A stretch of DNA of 64,000 nt, from the NCBI RefSeq assembly GCF_004116405.1, contig NZ_SDIC01000004.1:166079-230078 (forward strand), read 5' to 3'. The notes below the pieces were generated by a model. That model was given only the letters and a program-made list of their open reading frames with translations. It did no database searches and was not told the origin of the DNA. This document shows, piece after piece, positions 47,876-57,833 of the stretch; positions within the stretch are counted from its first letter, which is position 1, and the number at the start of each line of letters is the position of its first letter. The translations under genes were made by a program, and so were the position numbers. This DNA comes from Halegenticoccus tardaugens (lineage in GTDB: Archaea > Halobacteriota > Halobacteria > Halobacteriales > Haloferacaceae).

Positions 47876-48427
47876 ATGACCCGAATCGCCGTCATCGACA
47901 ACCACGGGCAGTTCACCCACCTGGAGGGGCGCGCCCTCCGGGACGCCGGCGTGAACGCCGAGATCCTCGACAACGCGACGCCGCCGGAGGAGATCGACGC
48001 CGACGGGCTCGTCCTCTCGGGCGGGCCCGACATCGACCGCGCCGGCCGCTCCGGCGAGTACCTCGACCTCGACGTGCCGGTCCTCGGCATCTGTCTCGGC
48101 ATGCAGGTCATCGCGCACGAACTCGGCGGCCGCGTCGGCGAGGGCGACTACGGCGGCTACGCCGACGTGACCGTCGAAGTCCTCGACGAGGACGACCCGC
48201 TCGTCGGCTCGCTCGCGCCGGAGACCCGCGTCTGGGCCAGCCACGCCGACGAGGTGAAGGAGCTACCTGACGGGTTCTCCCACACCGCGACGAGCGACGT
48301 GTGCGGCATCGAGGCCATGAGCGACGCCGAACGCGACCTCTACGGCGTCCAGTGGCACCCCGAAGTCGCGCACACCGAACGGGGGCAGGAAGTGTTCGAG
48401 AACTTCCTCGCCGTCTGCCGGTCGTAA
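47876..48427 (+). CDS. guaAA: GMP synthase subunit A (class I glutamine amidotransferase)
   Basis: IAVIDNHGQFTHL, GICLGMQ (catalytic Cys), HPE. Confidence 0.85.
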   Translation: MTRIAVIDNHGQFTHLEGRALRDAGVNAEILDNATPPEEIDADGLVLSGGPDIDRAGRSGEYLDLDVPVLGICLGMQVIAHELGGRVGEGDYGGYADVTVEVLDEDDPLVGSLAPETRVWASHADEVKELPDGFSHTATSDVCGIEAMSDAERDLYGVQWHPEVAHTERGQEVFENFLAVCRS

Positions 48428-48563
48428 CCGTCCGTCGATCGGGACGCCGTCGGTCGTGCCCCGCCGACCGCGCCCGGCGCTCTCGGCGGGCTGACGCCCC
48501 GTCGCGGATCCGGATCGGCGCGACCGTCGGTTTCCGCCGGGTTTTACGACCTCCGGGGAGTAA

Positions 48564-50549
48564 GTGCAACCAGTGACCGTCACGCAAAGCAACCTCGCGG
48601 GACTCTCGCGGTTCATCTTCCGGGCCCCGCGGTGGTACGCGAGCCTCGCCTTCGCGCTCCTCATCGCCGCGATGGCCGGCGTCGCCGCGTTCGGCTTCGG
48701 GATCACGGAGCGGGCGTGGGTGTGGGAGGGCGTGTTCTTTCTCGGCAGGGACGCGTGGGAGGGGATCTTCTTCATCGGCATCCCCACGATCGTCGCCAGC
48801 TTCGCGACGACCGGCGTCGACCGCTTTCTCGGCGGACGGCTGACGCGCAACCGATCGTCGCTGCTCGCCCTCACCTGCGAGGTTGTCGTCGTCGCCGTCG
48901 TGACGGGCGCTGGCATCGTCGCCGCGCTCACGCCGCTCGGCCAGCGGTTCGTCTTCGACGCGCTCGTCGTCGCGCTCGCGTCCATCTTCGCGCTCCGACT
49001 GCTCGTCGTCATGGCGGTGTCGCGCTCGTCCCTGCTCGTCGCGAGCGTCCCGGCGAGCATTCAGACGGTCGCCTCGGCCGCGCTGCTCTTCGTCTACAGC
49101 GGCACGCTCCGCTATCTGGGGATCGACAGCGCGGCGATCGACGCGCACCTGCTCCCGTACCTCTCGCGGGCGGACCACGCCCCGCCGGTGCTGTCTTTCA
49201 TCGGCCCGACCCACTTCGTCATGCTCGCCGTCACCTGCGCCCTGTACGCGGCCGCCGTGTACGTCTTTCTCGCCGTCATCGACCGGCCGTGGCGAAACAG
49301 CCTCGGCGTCTCCGTGCTCGATTTCATCAGGGGGTTCATCGGCCACATCGCCGAGGAGTCGCGCGAACTGGAGGACTTCTTCGAGCAGCTCGGCCAGCGC
49401 GCGGTCGTCCCCGTCACGGTGCTTGCGTTCCGCCGGGAGGACGGGACGGAGAAGGCGCGTTTCGTCCTGCCCATGATCCACCCCGGTCCGATGGGCGAGA
49501 TCGGCGGCGGCAACTTCCCCGAGCGAGTCGCCCGGCGGGCCGACGGCCTCGCCTTCCCGCCGCACGCGACCGCGGGCCACGACTTCAACCTCGTCACAGA
49601 GCGCGAGGTCGACACGATCCTCGACGCGGTCGACGACGCGCACGACCGCATCGAGTACTCACCCGAGGCGACCCGCGAGGTGCAGGTCGAGTCGGGCGAG
49701 TCGACGATGCTGGGGCAGGGGTTCGGCGACGACGCGCTGCTCGTGTCGACGTTCGCGCCGGGCTGCGCGGACGACGTGGAGTACGCCGTCGGACTCACCG
49801 CCGCGGCCGAGGCGCGCACGGCCGGGCTCGACGACGTGCTCCTCGTCGACGCGCACAACTGCAACGACGGGCTCGACGGTCCGGACCTCGGGCATGTCAC
49901 CCCCGGAAGCCGGCGCTCGTTCGACATGATCCGGACCGCCGGGCTGGCGGGCGAGGCGATCCGCGACGCGGACCGCGGACCTCTTCGGCTCGGCGTCGCG
50001 TGGGACCCGACGGCGTGGACGCCCCACGAGGGGATCGGTCCGCTCGGCATCCGTGTCGCCGTGACCGAAGTCGTGGGGCGGACGACCGCCTACGTCCTCG
50101 TCGACGGCAACAACATGGAACCGGGGCTGCGCGATCGCATCGTCGAGTCGCTGTGTCGCGCCGACGAACCCCGGGCGGAGCGCGCGAGAACCGGCGCGCC
50201 GCTCGCGACGGACGGGGCCGCGCCGACCGCGGTCGACGCCGCGGAGATCATGACGACCGACACGCACGTCGTCAACACCGTGAAAGCGGACAATCAGGTC
50301 GGGGCGGCGATCGACCACGACGACCTGATCGCGCTGGTCTGCGACCTCGTGGACGAGGCGCGCGCCGACCTCGAACCCGTCGACGCCGGAATCGCCGCGG
50401 AACGGGCCGACGTGACCGTCTTCGGCAACGACCGGACGGAGACGCTCGCGAGCCACGCGAACGTCGCCATCTCGATGGGCGGCGCGTTCGCCGCCGCCGT
50501 CATCTTCGCCGCGATGACGGTGAGCGTGCTGATCTTCTTTCTGGCGTAG
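48564..50549 (+). CDS. DUF2070-like archaeal membrane protein
   Basis: 661 aa, with a polytopic N-terminal half and a soluble C-terminal half; it resembles the conserved archaeal DUF2070 architecture. A GTG start upstream is possible. Confidence 0.5.
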   Translation: MQPVTVTQSNLAGLSRFIFRAPRWYASLAFALLIAAMAGVAAFGFGITERAWVWEGVFFLGRDAWEGIFFIGIPTIVASFATTGVDRFLGGRLTRNRSSLLALTCEVVVVAVVTGAGIVAALTPLGQRFVFDALVVALASIFALRLLVVMAVSRSSLLVASVPASIQTVASAALLFVYSGTLRYLGIDSAAIDAHLLPYLSRADHAPPVLSFIGPTHFVMLAVTCALYAAAVYVFLAVIDRPWRNSLGVSVLDFIRGFIGHIAEESRELEDFFEQLGQRAVVPVTVLAFRREDGTEKARFVLPMIHPGPMGEIGGGNFPERVARRADGLAFPPHATAGHDFNLVTEREVDTILDAVDDAHDRIEYSPEATREVQVESGESTMLGQGFGDDALLVSTFAPGCADDVEYAVGLTAAAEARTAGLDDVLLVDAHNCNDGLDGPDLGHVTPGSRRSFDMIRTAGLAGEAIRDADRGPLRLGVAWDPTAWTPHEGIGPLGIRVAVTEVVGRTTAYVLVDGNNMEPGLRDRIVESLCRADEPRAERARTGAPLATDGAAPTAVDAAEIMTTDTHVVNTVKADNQVGAAIDHDDLIALVCDLVDEARADLEPVDAGIAAERADVTVFGNDRTETLASHANVAISMGGAFAAAVIFAAMTVSVLIFFLA

Positions 50550-50614
50550 CGAGCGCTTTTCTCACCTTCGCGGTGTTGACCGCTCAGTCGTTCCACCTTC
50601 GCGGCGACTGCCGC

Positions 50615-52033
50615 TCAGTCGTCTCCCGCCACCGCGGATCCCGTCCGTACGCCCGTCGCGTCCACGTCCCGCCAGGTGCCGCGGCGGAACCAGAGATACG
50701 CGATGACGCCGCCGGCGACGTTCGAGACGGCGAAGGCGATCCAGATTCCCGCGGAGCCGAGCGACGACGTGGCGACCCACGCGACCGGCAGGCGGACGAC
50801 GCCGAGCATCGCGATGCTGATCGCGGCGGCGACGGCCGTCATGCCGACGCCGCGGAACCCGCCCGTGTACGCGTACATGACGCCGATGAAGCCGAACGTC
50901 GGCGCGACGTACTCGAGGAAGGTGACGCTCGCCTCGACGACGGCCGGATCGGTCGTGAACGCCGCGGAGATCGGCCGCGCGGCGAGCCAGATCGCGACGC
51001 CCGTCGCGGCGAGGAGGAGGAACATCACGCGCGAGGCGAATCCGTTCGTCTCCGCCACCCGGTCGAGGTTCCCCGCGCCGACGTTCTGCCCGGTCATCGT
51101 CTCGACGCCCTGCGAGAACGCGATCGCGGGGAGGAAGATGACGGAGAACACGCGCGTGCCGATGCCGTAGGCGGCGACGACCGTCGTCGGGAAGGCCGCG
51201 ACGATCACGAGGAGCAGGTTGATAGACAGCGCCCGCCCCGTCCCCTCGATCGACGCGGGAACGCCGATTCGAAACAGCGTCCGGTAGTACGAAAGGTTCG
51301 GCCGCATCTCCCGCAGCGAGATCGTCACGCCGCGGGTGCCGCGGAACATGATCCACAGGCCGACGACGAACGCCGCCGCGCGGGAGACGATGGTGGCGGC
51401 CGCCGCGCCCTCGATGCCGAGTTCCGGGAACGGTCCCCACCCCATGATGAGAAACGGATCGAGCGCGATGTTGAGCACGACCGACCCGAGCATCACGAGC
51501 ATGGGCGTGACCGTGTCGCCGTAGCCGCGCATCAGCGCGATGAACATGGCGAAGCCGAAGACGAACACCAGCCCCGGCGAGTACACCCGCATGTACCCGG
51601 TCGCGAGCGGCGCGATGTCGGGCGACGCGCCGAGCAGATCCACGAAGTCCGCGGCGAAGAGGAAGCCGACGACGCCGAGCGCCCCCGAGACGAGCGTGGC
51701 GAGCGCGATCGTCTGCGAGGCGGCGTACCGCGCGTGCCGGTCGTTGCCCGCCCCGACGTGCTGGGCGACGAGCACGCTGCCCGCGACCGAGAGCCCGACG
51801 GCGAGGGAGATGAGCAGGTACACCATCGGGAAGGCGAAGCTGATGGCCGCGAGCGCCTCGGTGCTGTACTGGCCGAGCCAGAACGTGTCCGCGAGGTTGT
51901 ACGCCGTCTGCAGCAGGTTCGTCACGACGATCGGCAGCGACAGGTACAGCATCGGGCGGGCGATCTCGCCCGAGGTGAGGTCGATCTCCTCGTTGGGTTG
52001 GAGGATCGATTCGAGCCGGTCGCGGACGCTCAT
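50615..52033 (-). CDS. MATE family efflux transporter
   Basis: 12-TM polytopic; N-terminal LSLPIVVTNLLQTAYNLADTFWLGQ is the MatE signature. Confidence 0.9.
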   Translation of the reverse strand: MSVRDRLESILQPNEEIDLTSGEIARPMLYLSLPIVVTNLLQTAYNLADTFWLGQYSTEALAAISFAFPMVYLLISLAVGLSVAGSVLVAQHVGAGNDRHARYAASQTIALATLVSGALGVVGFLFAADFVDLLGASPDIAPLATGYMRVYSPGLVFVFGFAMFIALMRGYGDTVTPMLVMLGSVVLNIALDPFLIMGWGPFPELGIEGAAAATIVSRAAAFVVGLWIMFRGTRGVTISLREMRPNLSYYRTLFRIGVPASIEGTGRALSINLLLVIVAAFPTTVVAAYGIGTRVFSVIFLPAIAFSQGVETMTGQNVGAGNLDRVAETNGFASRVMFLLLAATGVAIWLAARPISAAFTTDPAVVEASVTFLEYVAPTFGFIGVMYAYTGGFRGVGMTAVAAAISIAMLGVVRLPVAWVATSSLGSAGIWIAFAVSNVAGGVIAYLWFRRGTWRDVDATGVRTGSAVAGDD

Positions 52034-52635
52034 TCAGGTGCGGCCCTCGCGCCGGACCCGCCGCGAAGCAGGTGCGCGTCGACGTACGATTCGAGGTGCC
52101 GACGCGTGCGCTCGATCGGGTGACCGACGGAGACGTGGCGCGTCTGCGCGCCGTTGATCGCGGTGACGAAGAAGTCGGCGACGTCCTCCGGATCGACGTC
52201 TTCCCGGAACGCCCCGCGTTCGACTCCGTCGGCGACGAGGGATCTGAGACGCTCCTCCAGAAGGCGGTCGAATTTGACGAGCCGCTCGCGGTAGTCGTCG
52301 TCGTACGGCCCTTGCGCTTTGATCTCGAGGATGGCCGTCTGGAACTCCTGGTGGGTGTTCTCGTCCCGCGGCGTGAGCAGCGTGCCGATCAGCGCGACGA
52401 GGCGGTCCGTCGGGCCGTCGCCGGCGGGATCCGCGATCCGCGCTTCGAACCGCTCGAACAGGTAGTCGAGAAACGCGAGCAGGAGATCGTGCTTCCCCCC
52501 GTAGTGGTAGTGCAGCGTCGCCTTGCTCTTCGTCGACTCGTCGGCGATGTCCTGCATGCGCAGCGATGCGTAGCCGTGCTTGCAGAGCGCGCGGTACGTC
52601 GCGCCCATGAGTTCCTCCGTCGTGTCGTCCGTCAT
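52030..52635 (-). CDS. TetR/AcrR family transcriptional regulator
   Basis: N-terminal HTH (YRALCKHGYASLRMQDIADESTKSKATLHYHY). It overlaps the MATE gene start by 4 nt. Confidence 0.75.
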   Translation of the reverse strand: MTDDTTEELMGATYRALCKHGYASLRMQDIADESTKSKATLHYHYGGKHDLLLAFLDYLFERFEARIADPAGDGPTDRLVALIGTLLTPRDENTHQEFQTAILEIKAQGPYDDDYRERLVKFDRLLEERLRSLVADGVERGAFREDVDPEDVADFFVTAINGAQTRHVSVGHPIERTRRHLESYVDAHLLRGGSGARAAPE

Positions 52636-52775
52636 GCGTGATCTGACTGATCGGCCAGTCAATTACGTCTGACTAACCGGCCAGTCAGTTAAACGCTTTC
52701 GATCCCCGCGGTTTTCGTCCGGTCGAACGGGTTCCGGGGCTCGGCGGCGACGGTGCCGGGAGTGCCGGTCGTCGC

Positions 52776-53375
52776 CTACCGCGGCAGTTCCGCGTCGGGA
52801 TCGACGACTCGATCGACCTCCGCCGGCATCCGCCAGTCGGTCGTCAGTTCGAGCAGTTGCACGAGCATGCGCGCCGTCGCGCCCCAGACGGTGTAGCCGT
52901 CGACTCGGAAGAAGTGCAGGCGGATGTCGCCGTAGTGGGGGTGGTCGCGTCGCTCGGACTCGTAATTTCGGAGGTCGGTCAGGTCGGCGACCGACAGCAC
53001 CGCGATCTCCGCGACCTCCCGCTCGTCCGGCGCGTACTCGCGGTCGGGAATCCGGGCGACGAACGGGCGCACCGAGTAATCGGTAACGGTCCGGATGTCG
53101 TCGATCCGACCGACGATCTCGGTTTCCTCGGGCCGTAAGCCGATCTCCTCTCGGGCCTCGCGGAGCGCCGTCGCTTCGAGGTCGGCGTCGCTCGGCTCCC
53201 GGCCGCCCCCCGGGAAGCTCATCTGTCCGGCGTGCTCGCCGAGGTGATCCGCGCGCTTCGTAAAGAGCACGTGCGGCTCCCCCCCGCGCTCCAGCACCGG
53301 CGCGATTACCGCCGCCCGCCGTCCGGCGTCGTCGACCGGCTTCGGATCGTGACGCGTCACCCCCCTGAGATCCAT
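52776..53375 (-). CDS. NUDIX hydrolase (CoA pyrophosphatase-like)
   Basis: The Nudix box GGGREPSDADLEATALREAREEIGL. Confidence 0.8.
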   Translation of the reverse strand: MDLRGVTRHDPKPVDDAGRRAAVIAPVLERGGEPHVLFTKRADHLGEHAGQMSFPGGGREPSDADLEATALREAREEIGLRPEETEIVGRIDDIRTVTDYSVRPFVARIPDREYAPDEREVAEIAVLSVADLTDLRNYESERRDHPHYGDIRLHFFRVDGYTVWGATARMLVQLLELTTDWRMPAEVDRVVDPDAELPR

Positions 53376-53384
53376 ACGTCCCCC

Positions 53385-54023
53385 CTATCGTTCTACGCCC
53401 TTATCTTCGAGGGCTTCGGTCGTCCTGACAACGCCCGGTGCGTCGTCGGGACGGTCGTCCTCCGGCGTCTCGCCGAGACGGTCGCCCCCCAGCGCCTCGC
53501 CGAGGCGATCCCGCGCCTCCCGAACGTCCACGGGTGCCCACGCTTCGAGGTCGTAGCTCACGTCCAGCAGGCGTTCGATCCGTTCCCCGTCGCCCGCCGC
53601 GACGGCCCGCGCGGCGTCCCCGAGCAACCGCTCGCCGACCTGCCGACCCAGCGCCTCCCGGTCGATGCGCCGCGGCTCGACGTCCATGATGTGCGGGAGG
53701 TCCTCGGCGTTCTCCGGGAGCGTCGGGAACGCGACCGGCCCCGGCGTCAGGAGGGGCTCGTCGGCATCGTCACCCGTCGCTCGCACCGACTCGCCTCCGT
53801 CTCCTTCCGCAGATCCGCCCGCCTCGTACTCGACGAGGTAGTACCCCTCCACCGCCTCCTCGACGGCCGCGGAAAGCGCCTCGGCGTCCGCGCCCTTTCC
53901 CTGTTTGAACGCGAGTTCCGAGAGCGCACGCTCCAGTTCCGTCCGGGTCAGCGCCCCGAACAGATCCACCACGCCCGCGAGTTCGTCGGGGAGTTCGCTC
54001 GCCGCGTCGTCTTCTCCTCTCAT
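53385..54023 (-). CDS. acidic hypothetical protein, coupled to upstream glycosyltransferase (TAATG overlap)
   Basis: 212 aa, no recognisable motifs. The start was verified at MRGEDDAASE. Confidence 0.4.
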   Translation of the reverse strand: MRGEDDAASELPDELAGVVDLFGALTRTELERALSELAFKQGKGADAEALSAAVEEAVEGYYLVEYEAGGSAEGDGGESVRATGDDADEPLLTPGPVAFPTLPENAEDLPHIMDVEPRRIDREALGRQVGERLLGDAARAVAAGDGERIERLLDVSYDLEAWAPVDVREARDRLGEALGGDRLGETPEDDRPDDAPGVVRTTEALEDKGVER

Positions 54024-55117
54024 TACCGAACCTCCGCGAGGTCCTTCATGGCCGCCTCGTGTACCTCCGCCGACGTAAACGGTGCGTCCCGCCACGGCGG
54101 CAGCCGGGCGTCGGTCGTCGGCTCCTCGATCGCCTCGGCGTACGCCTCTACCTGCGCGCGCTCGTCCGCGCGGTCGAAGTCGAGGCCGTTGAACGCCGCG
54201 TCGAGCGCGTACCGCTCGACGAACCGCAGCGCAGTCTCGCGATACCGCTCCGGAAGCGCGACGTAGTCGGGTTCGACGCCGTGATCGACCGCCACCCGGA
54301 GGATCTCCCGCCCGACGGGTCGACTCATGTCGGACAGCCCGGTCGGACCGCCCACGGCGCGGTGATCGTGCTCGTACGTGCCGAGGTCGACCTGCGCGGT
54401 GCCGTCGAAGCCCGCCGCGGCGAACGCGTCGCCGAGCGTTCCGACCTCCAGCCCCCACGTCCGCGGGACGCGGAGCCGACTCGCGAGTTCGCTCGTCGCC
54501 GCGAACTCCCCGGCCAACGCGTAGCGAAACGCGCCGAGGTACTCCAGCACCGGCGCGTCGTGCGCGCCGCGGAGCGCGCGGACGAGCGGCGCGTAGAAGA
54601 GTCGGAAGAGTCGGCCGTAGAGCCGTCCGGCTTCGACGCGCGCGTAGTACCCTTTCGAGAACTCGTACCCGTCCGCCAGCGGAAAGAGCAGCCGCGGAAC
54701 GTACGACCGAGAGTAGGTTCGCGCGTCGGCGTCGTGGACGACGACGAACGACGAATCGAGCGCCCGGCCGAGCGCCAGCCACACGTCCCTCCCCTTCCCC
54801 CGTCGGCCGTCGAGCCCCCCCGATTCGAGCAGCGCCGCGACGCGGGGGCCGTCGCACCAGAGCACCTCCGTCGACGCGTCGCGCCCGTCCAGCCAGTCGG
54901 CGACGGCCCCGGCGCGCGAATCCGACGCGCGGAGGGCGACCACGACGCGCGCCGGCTCGACGAGCGCCAGTTCGGCGAACACGCGTTCCGCGGCCCGCGT
55001 CGCGCACTCCCGGTCCGTCATCGGCACGACGACGGTCGCGTCGGCCGTCGGCGCGTCCGGCCGCGCGTCCGAGAGGTCGTGGAGCGTCGCGATCCGCTCC
55101 TGGGCGTATTCCATCAC
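54023..55117 (-). CDS. glycosyltransferase (glucosyl-3-phosphoglycerate synthase-like GT-A fold)
   Basis: The VVVHDADAR DxD-type motif. Size and layout resemble GpgS-like enzymes. Confidence 0.5.
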   Translation of the reverse strand: MMEYAQERIATLHDLSDARPDAPTADATVVVPMTDRECATRAAERVFAELALVEPARVVVALRASDSRAGAVADWLDGRDASTEVLWCDGPRVAALLESGGLDGRRGKGRDVWLALGRALDSSFVVVHDADARTYSRSYVPRLLFPLADGYEFSKGYYARVEAGRLYGRLFRLFYAPLVRALRGAHDAPVLEYLGAFRYALAGEFAATSELASRLRVPRTWGLEVGTLGDAFAAAGFDGTAQVDLGTYEHDHRAVGGPTGLSDMSRPVGREILRVAVDHGVEPDYVALPERYRETALRFVERYALDAAFNGLDFDRADERAQVEAYAEAIEEPTTDARLPPWRDAPFTSAEVHEAAMKDLAEVR

Positions 55118-55153
55118 GCCCCCCTCGGGACCAGTGGAACAAAAGCGGGGCGG

Positions 55154-56311
55154 TTACGTGGGGAGCCTGCCGGCGCTTCTGAGCCCGCAGAGCCCGAGGG
55201 CGACGATCCCGAGAACGCCCGCGAGCCCGGCGAAGACGGCGTCGTAGGTGGCCCCGCGCGCGACTGCCGCCCCGACCGCCGTCGACCCCGCCGCCTGCGC
55301 GAGCATCATCCCGCCGCTGTAGACGGCGTAGGCGCTCGCGCGCGTCTCGCCGGGCAGCGTCGCGAGGATGAACGCGTCCATGACGATGAAGAGGCTGTGG
55401 ATGAGATACCCCAGCACGGCCGTGACGGCGAACAGCGCGACGAGGCCGCCGCTGACGGTGAGAAGCAGCACGCTCGCCACGAACGCGAGCAGGTTCCCGA
55501 GGAGGTAGGGGACGTACGGCAGGCGGTCGGCGAAGCGGCCCCCCAGGTAGAACGCGGGGACGCCGGCCGCGAAGACGACGGTCAGCATGTTCTTCGCCGC
55601 CGCGTCGGAGAGCCCCTTTTGGACCATGTACAGCTCGTAGAAGGTGAAAAGGCCCTGCCAGACGAAGCCGGCGAACCCGAGCACGACGACGCCGAGGGTG
55701 ATGAGTCGCCACTCGCTCATCGCCGCGCCGACGAGGTCGCGGTCGCGGGAGCCCCCGTTCGGGAGCGACGCCCGCCGCGCGGCCAGGTACAGCGCGACCG
55801 TGACGACCGCGGCGGCGACCCCGATGGCGAGAAACGTCGTCCGCCAATCGAAGAGCAGCGCCAGCGTGACGAACGGCGCGGCGACGACGGCGGCGACCTG
55901 GCTCGCGGTCCCGTGGACACCCATCGCCCACCCGACGCGGCGCGGGTAGAGTTCGCTCACGAGCGGGTTGGCGGCGACGAAGTAGACACCGCTCGCGGTG
56001 CCCATGAGGAGCGCGCCGCCGCTGAGGGTGACGACCGAGTTCGACCCGGCCGTGAGGAGCGCCGACCCCGAGAGCACGACGCCGGTCCAGAGGACGACGC
56101 GGTGACGGGCCACCCTCGTCAACAGCCACCCGGCGGGGACGCGCGGGAGCGCGCTGCCGACCCAGACCATCGTCGCGAGCAGGCCCGCTGTCCCCTCGTT
56201 GATGCTGAACTCGACCATCAACTCCTTGAGCAGCGGCGCGAACACGACGCGCGCGAGATTGATGAGCAAGACCAGAGAGCAGAGCGTTCCGAAGAGCCGT
56301 CCGCGTGACAC
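55154..56311 (-). CDS. MFS transporter
   Basis: 12 TM; polytopic hydrophobic profile. Confidence 0.8.
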   Translation of the reverse strand: MSRGRLFGTLCSLVLLINLARVVFAPLLKELMVEFSINEGTAGLLATMVWVGSALPRVPAGWLLTRVARHRVVLWTGVVLSGSALLTAGSNSVVTLSGGALLMGTASGVYFVAANPLVSELYPRRVGWAMGVHGTASQVAAVVAAPFVTLALLFDWRTTFLAIGVAAAVVTVALYLAARRASLPNGGSRDRDLVGAAMSEWRLITLGVVVLGFAGFVWQGLFTFYELYMVQKGLSDAAAKNMLTVVFAAGVPAFYLGGRFADRLPYVPYLLGNLLAFVASVLLLTVSGGLVALFAVTAVLGYLIHSLFIVMDAFILATLPGETRASAYAVYSGGMMLAQAAGSTAVGAAVARGATYDAVFAGLAGVLGIVALGLCGLRSAGRLPT

Positions 56312-56415
56312 GGCCGGTCTTTCTCGTCGGTCGGGTCAAACGTTCCGAAACGGGCCGTCGCTTTCCGGGTTCCGTCACCCTCTACACTTTTGACGTGTCA
56401 CTTCGAACGAACAGT

Positions 56416-56583
56416 ATGCAATCGACTCGCAAGGGGCTTCGCGCGGGCGAACTGTACAAGGACACGTACGAGCGGCTCACGTGCGCGGACTGCGAGGAGT
56501 CGTTGAAGAAGCAGAACGACCCGGACGAGATCTACGCGGTTCGGATCTGTCCGGAGTGCGGTACGTCGTGGAAGGAACTGTAA
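56416..56583 (+). CDS. small zinc-ribbon protein
   Basis: CADCEE...CPECG has two CxxC pairs. 55 aa. Confidence 0.4.
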   Translation: MQSTRKGLRAGELYKDTYERLTCADCEESLKKQNDPDEIYAVRICPECGTSWKEL

Positions 56584-56591
56584 CGAATCTC

Positions 56592-57680
56592 TCACTCGAA
56601 CACCGCGTCGAACGCCGCCGCCCCGAGCGGGTCGAACGTCCCGGCGGCGACGTTCTCGTCGACGTGCGCGCGCCGGCTCGTCCCGACGAGCGCGCAGGTC
56701 ACGCCGGGGGCGCTCCGGGCGAAGTTGATCGCCCGCTGGGCGGCCGTGTCACCTTCGAGTTCTGCGGCGATCGCCCCCGGGAGCGACGTCGCGAGGTCGC
56801 CCTGCGCGATGCTCGCGCTGGCGAAGACGCCGAGGCCGGCCTCGTTGGCGAACTCCAGAGCGCTCACCCGGCCATCGTCGGTCGGATGTGCGGCGACCGT
56901 GAACGCGTCGGCCATCAGGACGTTGAACGGAAGCTGGACCGCCCGCAGCCCGACCTCGTCGTTTCCGACCGTCTCCGCCGCGGCCCGCGCCCGGTCGACC
57001 ACCGCGGGAAGCGAGAGGTAGCTCGGGTGCTCCGGCGGGACGCGGAACGCCTCCCACGTGGCGACGCCGTACGCTCCGACGTCTCCATCGGCGACGCGCG
57101 CTTCGAGCCGCTCGAACGCCGCCTCCAGCGCGTCGTACACGGCCTCCCGATCCCGCGCGTGAAGCTGCGTCTCCGGATTGTGGACGTAGTAGAGGTCGAT
57201 CGTCTCGATCCCCAGTGCTTCGAGCGAACGATCGACCATCGCGTCGAGAAAGTCCGGCGCGATGCAGTGGCTCCCCCGGACGAGGTCGGCGGGGTCGACC
57301 AGCCCCGTCTCGACGAACTCCCGGCGGACGTAGGCGCTCGGATCGGCGGGCGGACTCCCGTCGAAGGGGAGGAAGCCGCCCTTCGTGGCGACGAGGACGG
57401 ACTCCCTGTCGGCGTCCGCGTCGCGGAGCGCGTGGCCGACGACCCGCTCGCTCCGCCCGCAGCGGTAGTTGACGGCCGTGTCGACGACGTTGACTCCGTT
57501 GTCCAGCGCGGCGACGATCGCCTCGCGGTAGCGCTCGTCGACCGCGTCGGTCGGGTCGCCGAGGTACGTGCCGACGCCGACGCTGGAGACGACACCGGGA
57601 CCGAACCGTCGGAAGTAGGTGCGGCCGAACCGGTCGCCGAACCGGTCGCGGTACCCCCACGTTCCGCTGTGCGTTGCCAT
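56592..57680 (-). CDS. aldo/keto reductase
   Basis: GVNVVDTAVNYRCGRSERVVG, LVATKGG, YYVHNPE. Confidence 0.85.
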   Translation of the reverse strand: MATHSGTWGYRDRFGDRFGRTYFRRFGPGVVSSVGVGTYLGDPTDAVDERYREAIVAALDNGVNVVDTAVNYRCGRSERVVGHALRDADADRESVLVATKGGFLPFDGSPPADPSAYVRREFVETGLVDPADLVRGSHCIAPDFLDAMVDRSLEALGIETIDLYYVHNPETQLHARDREAVYDALEAAFERLEARVADGDVGAYGVATWEAFRVPPEHPSYLSLPAVVDRARAAAETVGNDEVGLRAVQLPFNVLMADAFTVAAHPTDDGRVSALEFANEAGLGVFASASIAQGDLATSLPGAIAAELEGDTAAQRAINFARSAPGVTCALVGTSRRAHVDENVAAGTFDPLGAAAFDAVFE

Positions 57681-57833
57681 GGCGGGCGTACGGCCGCTCC
57701 GTCAAAAAACGCGTCGAGGCGGCGCCGATCGCCTCGGCCGCCGCCCGCCGTCAGTCGTCCGTCGGCCGTCTGTCGTCATCCGTCAGCCGCCCCTCGTCCG
57801 TCGTCCGCCAACCGCTACCCGGCCGCTCCGACG

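Noticed and set aside
53385-56378. 997-aa minus-strand ORF
   Set aside because: The frame is stop-free across three real genes. Only its 3' 212 codons (53385-54023) look like a genuine acidic protein. The MFS transporter and glycosyltransferase are in other frames.
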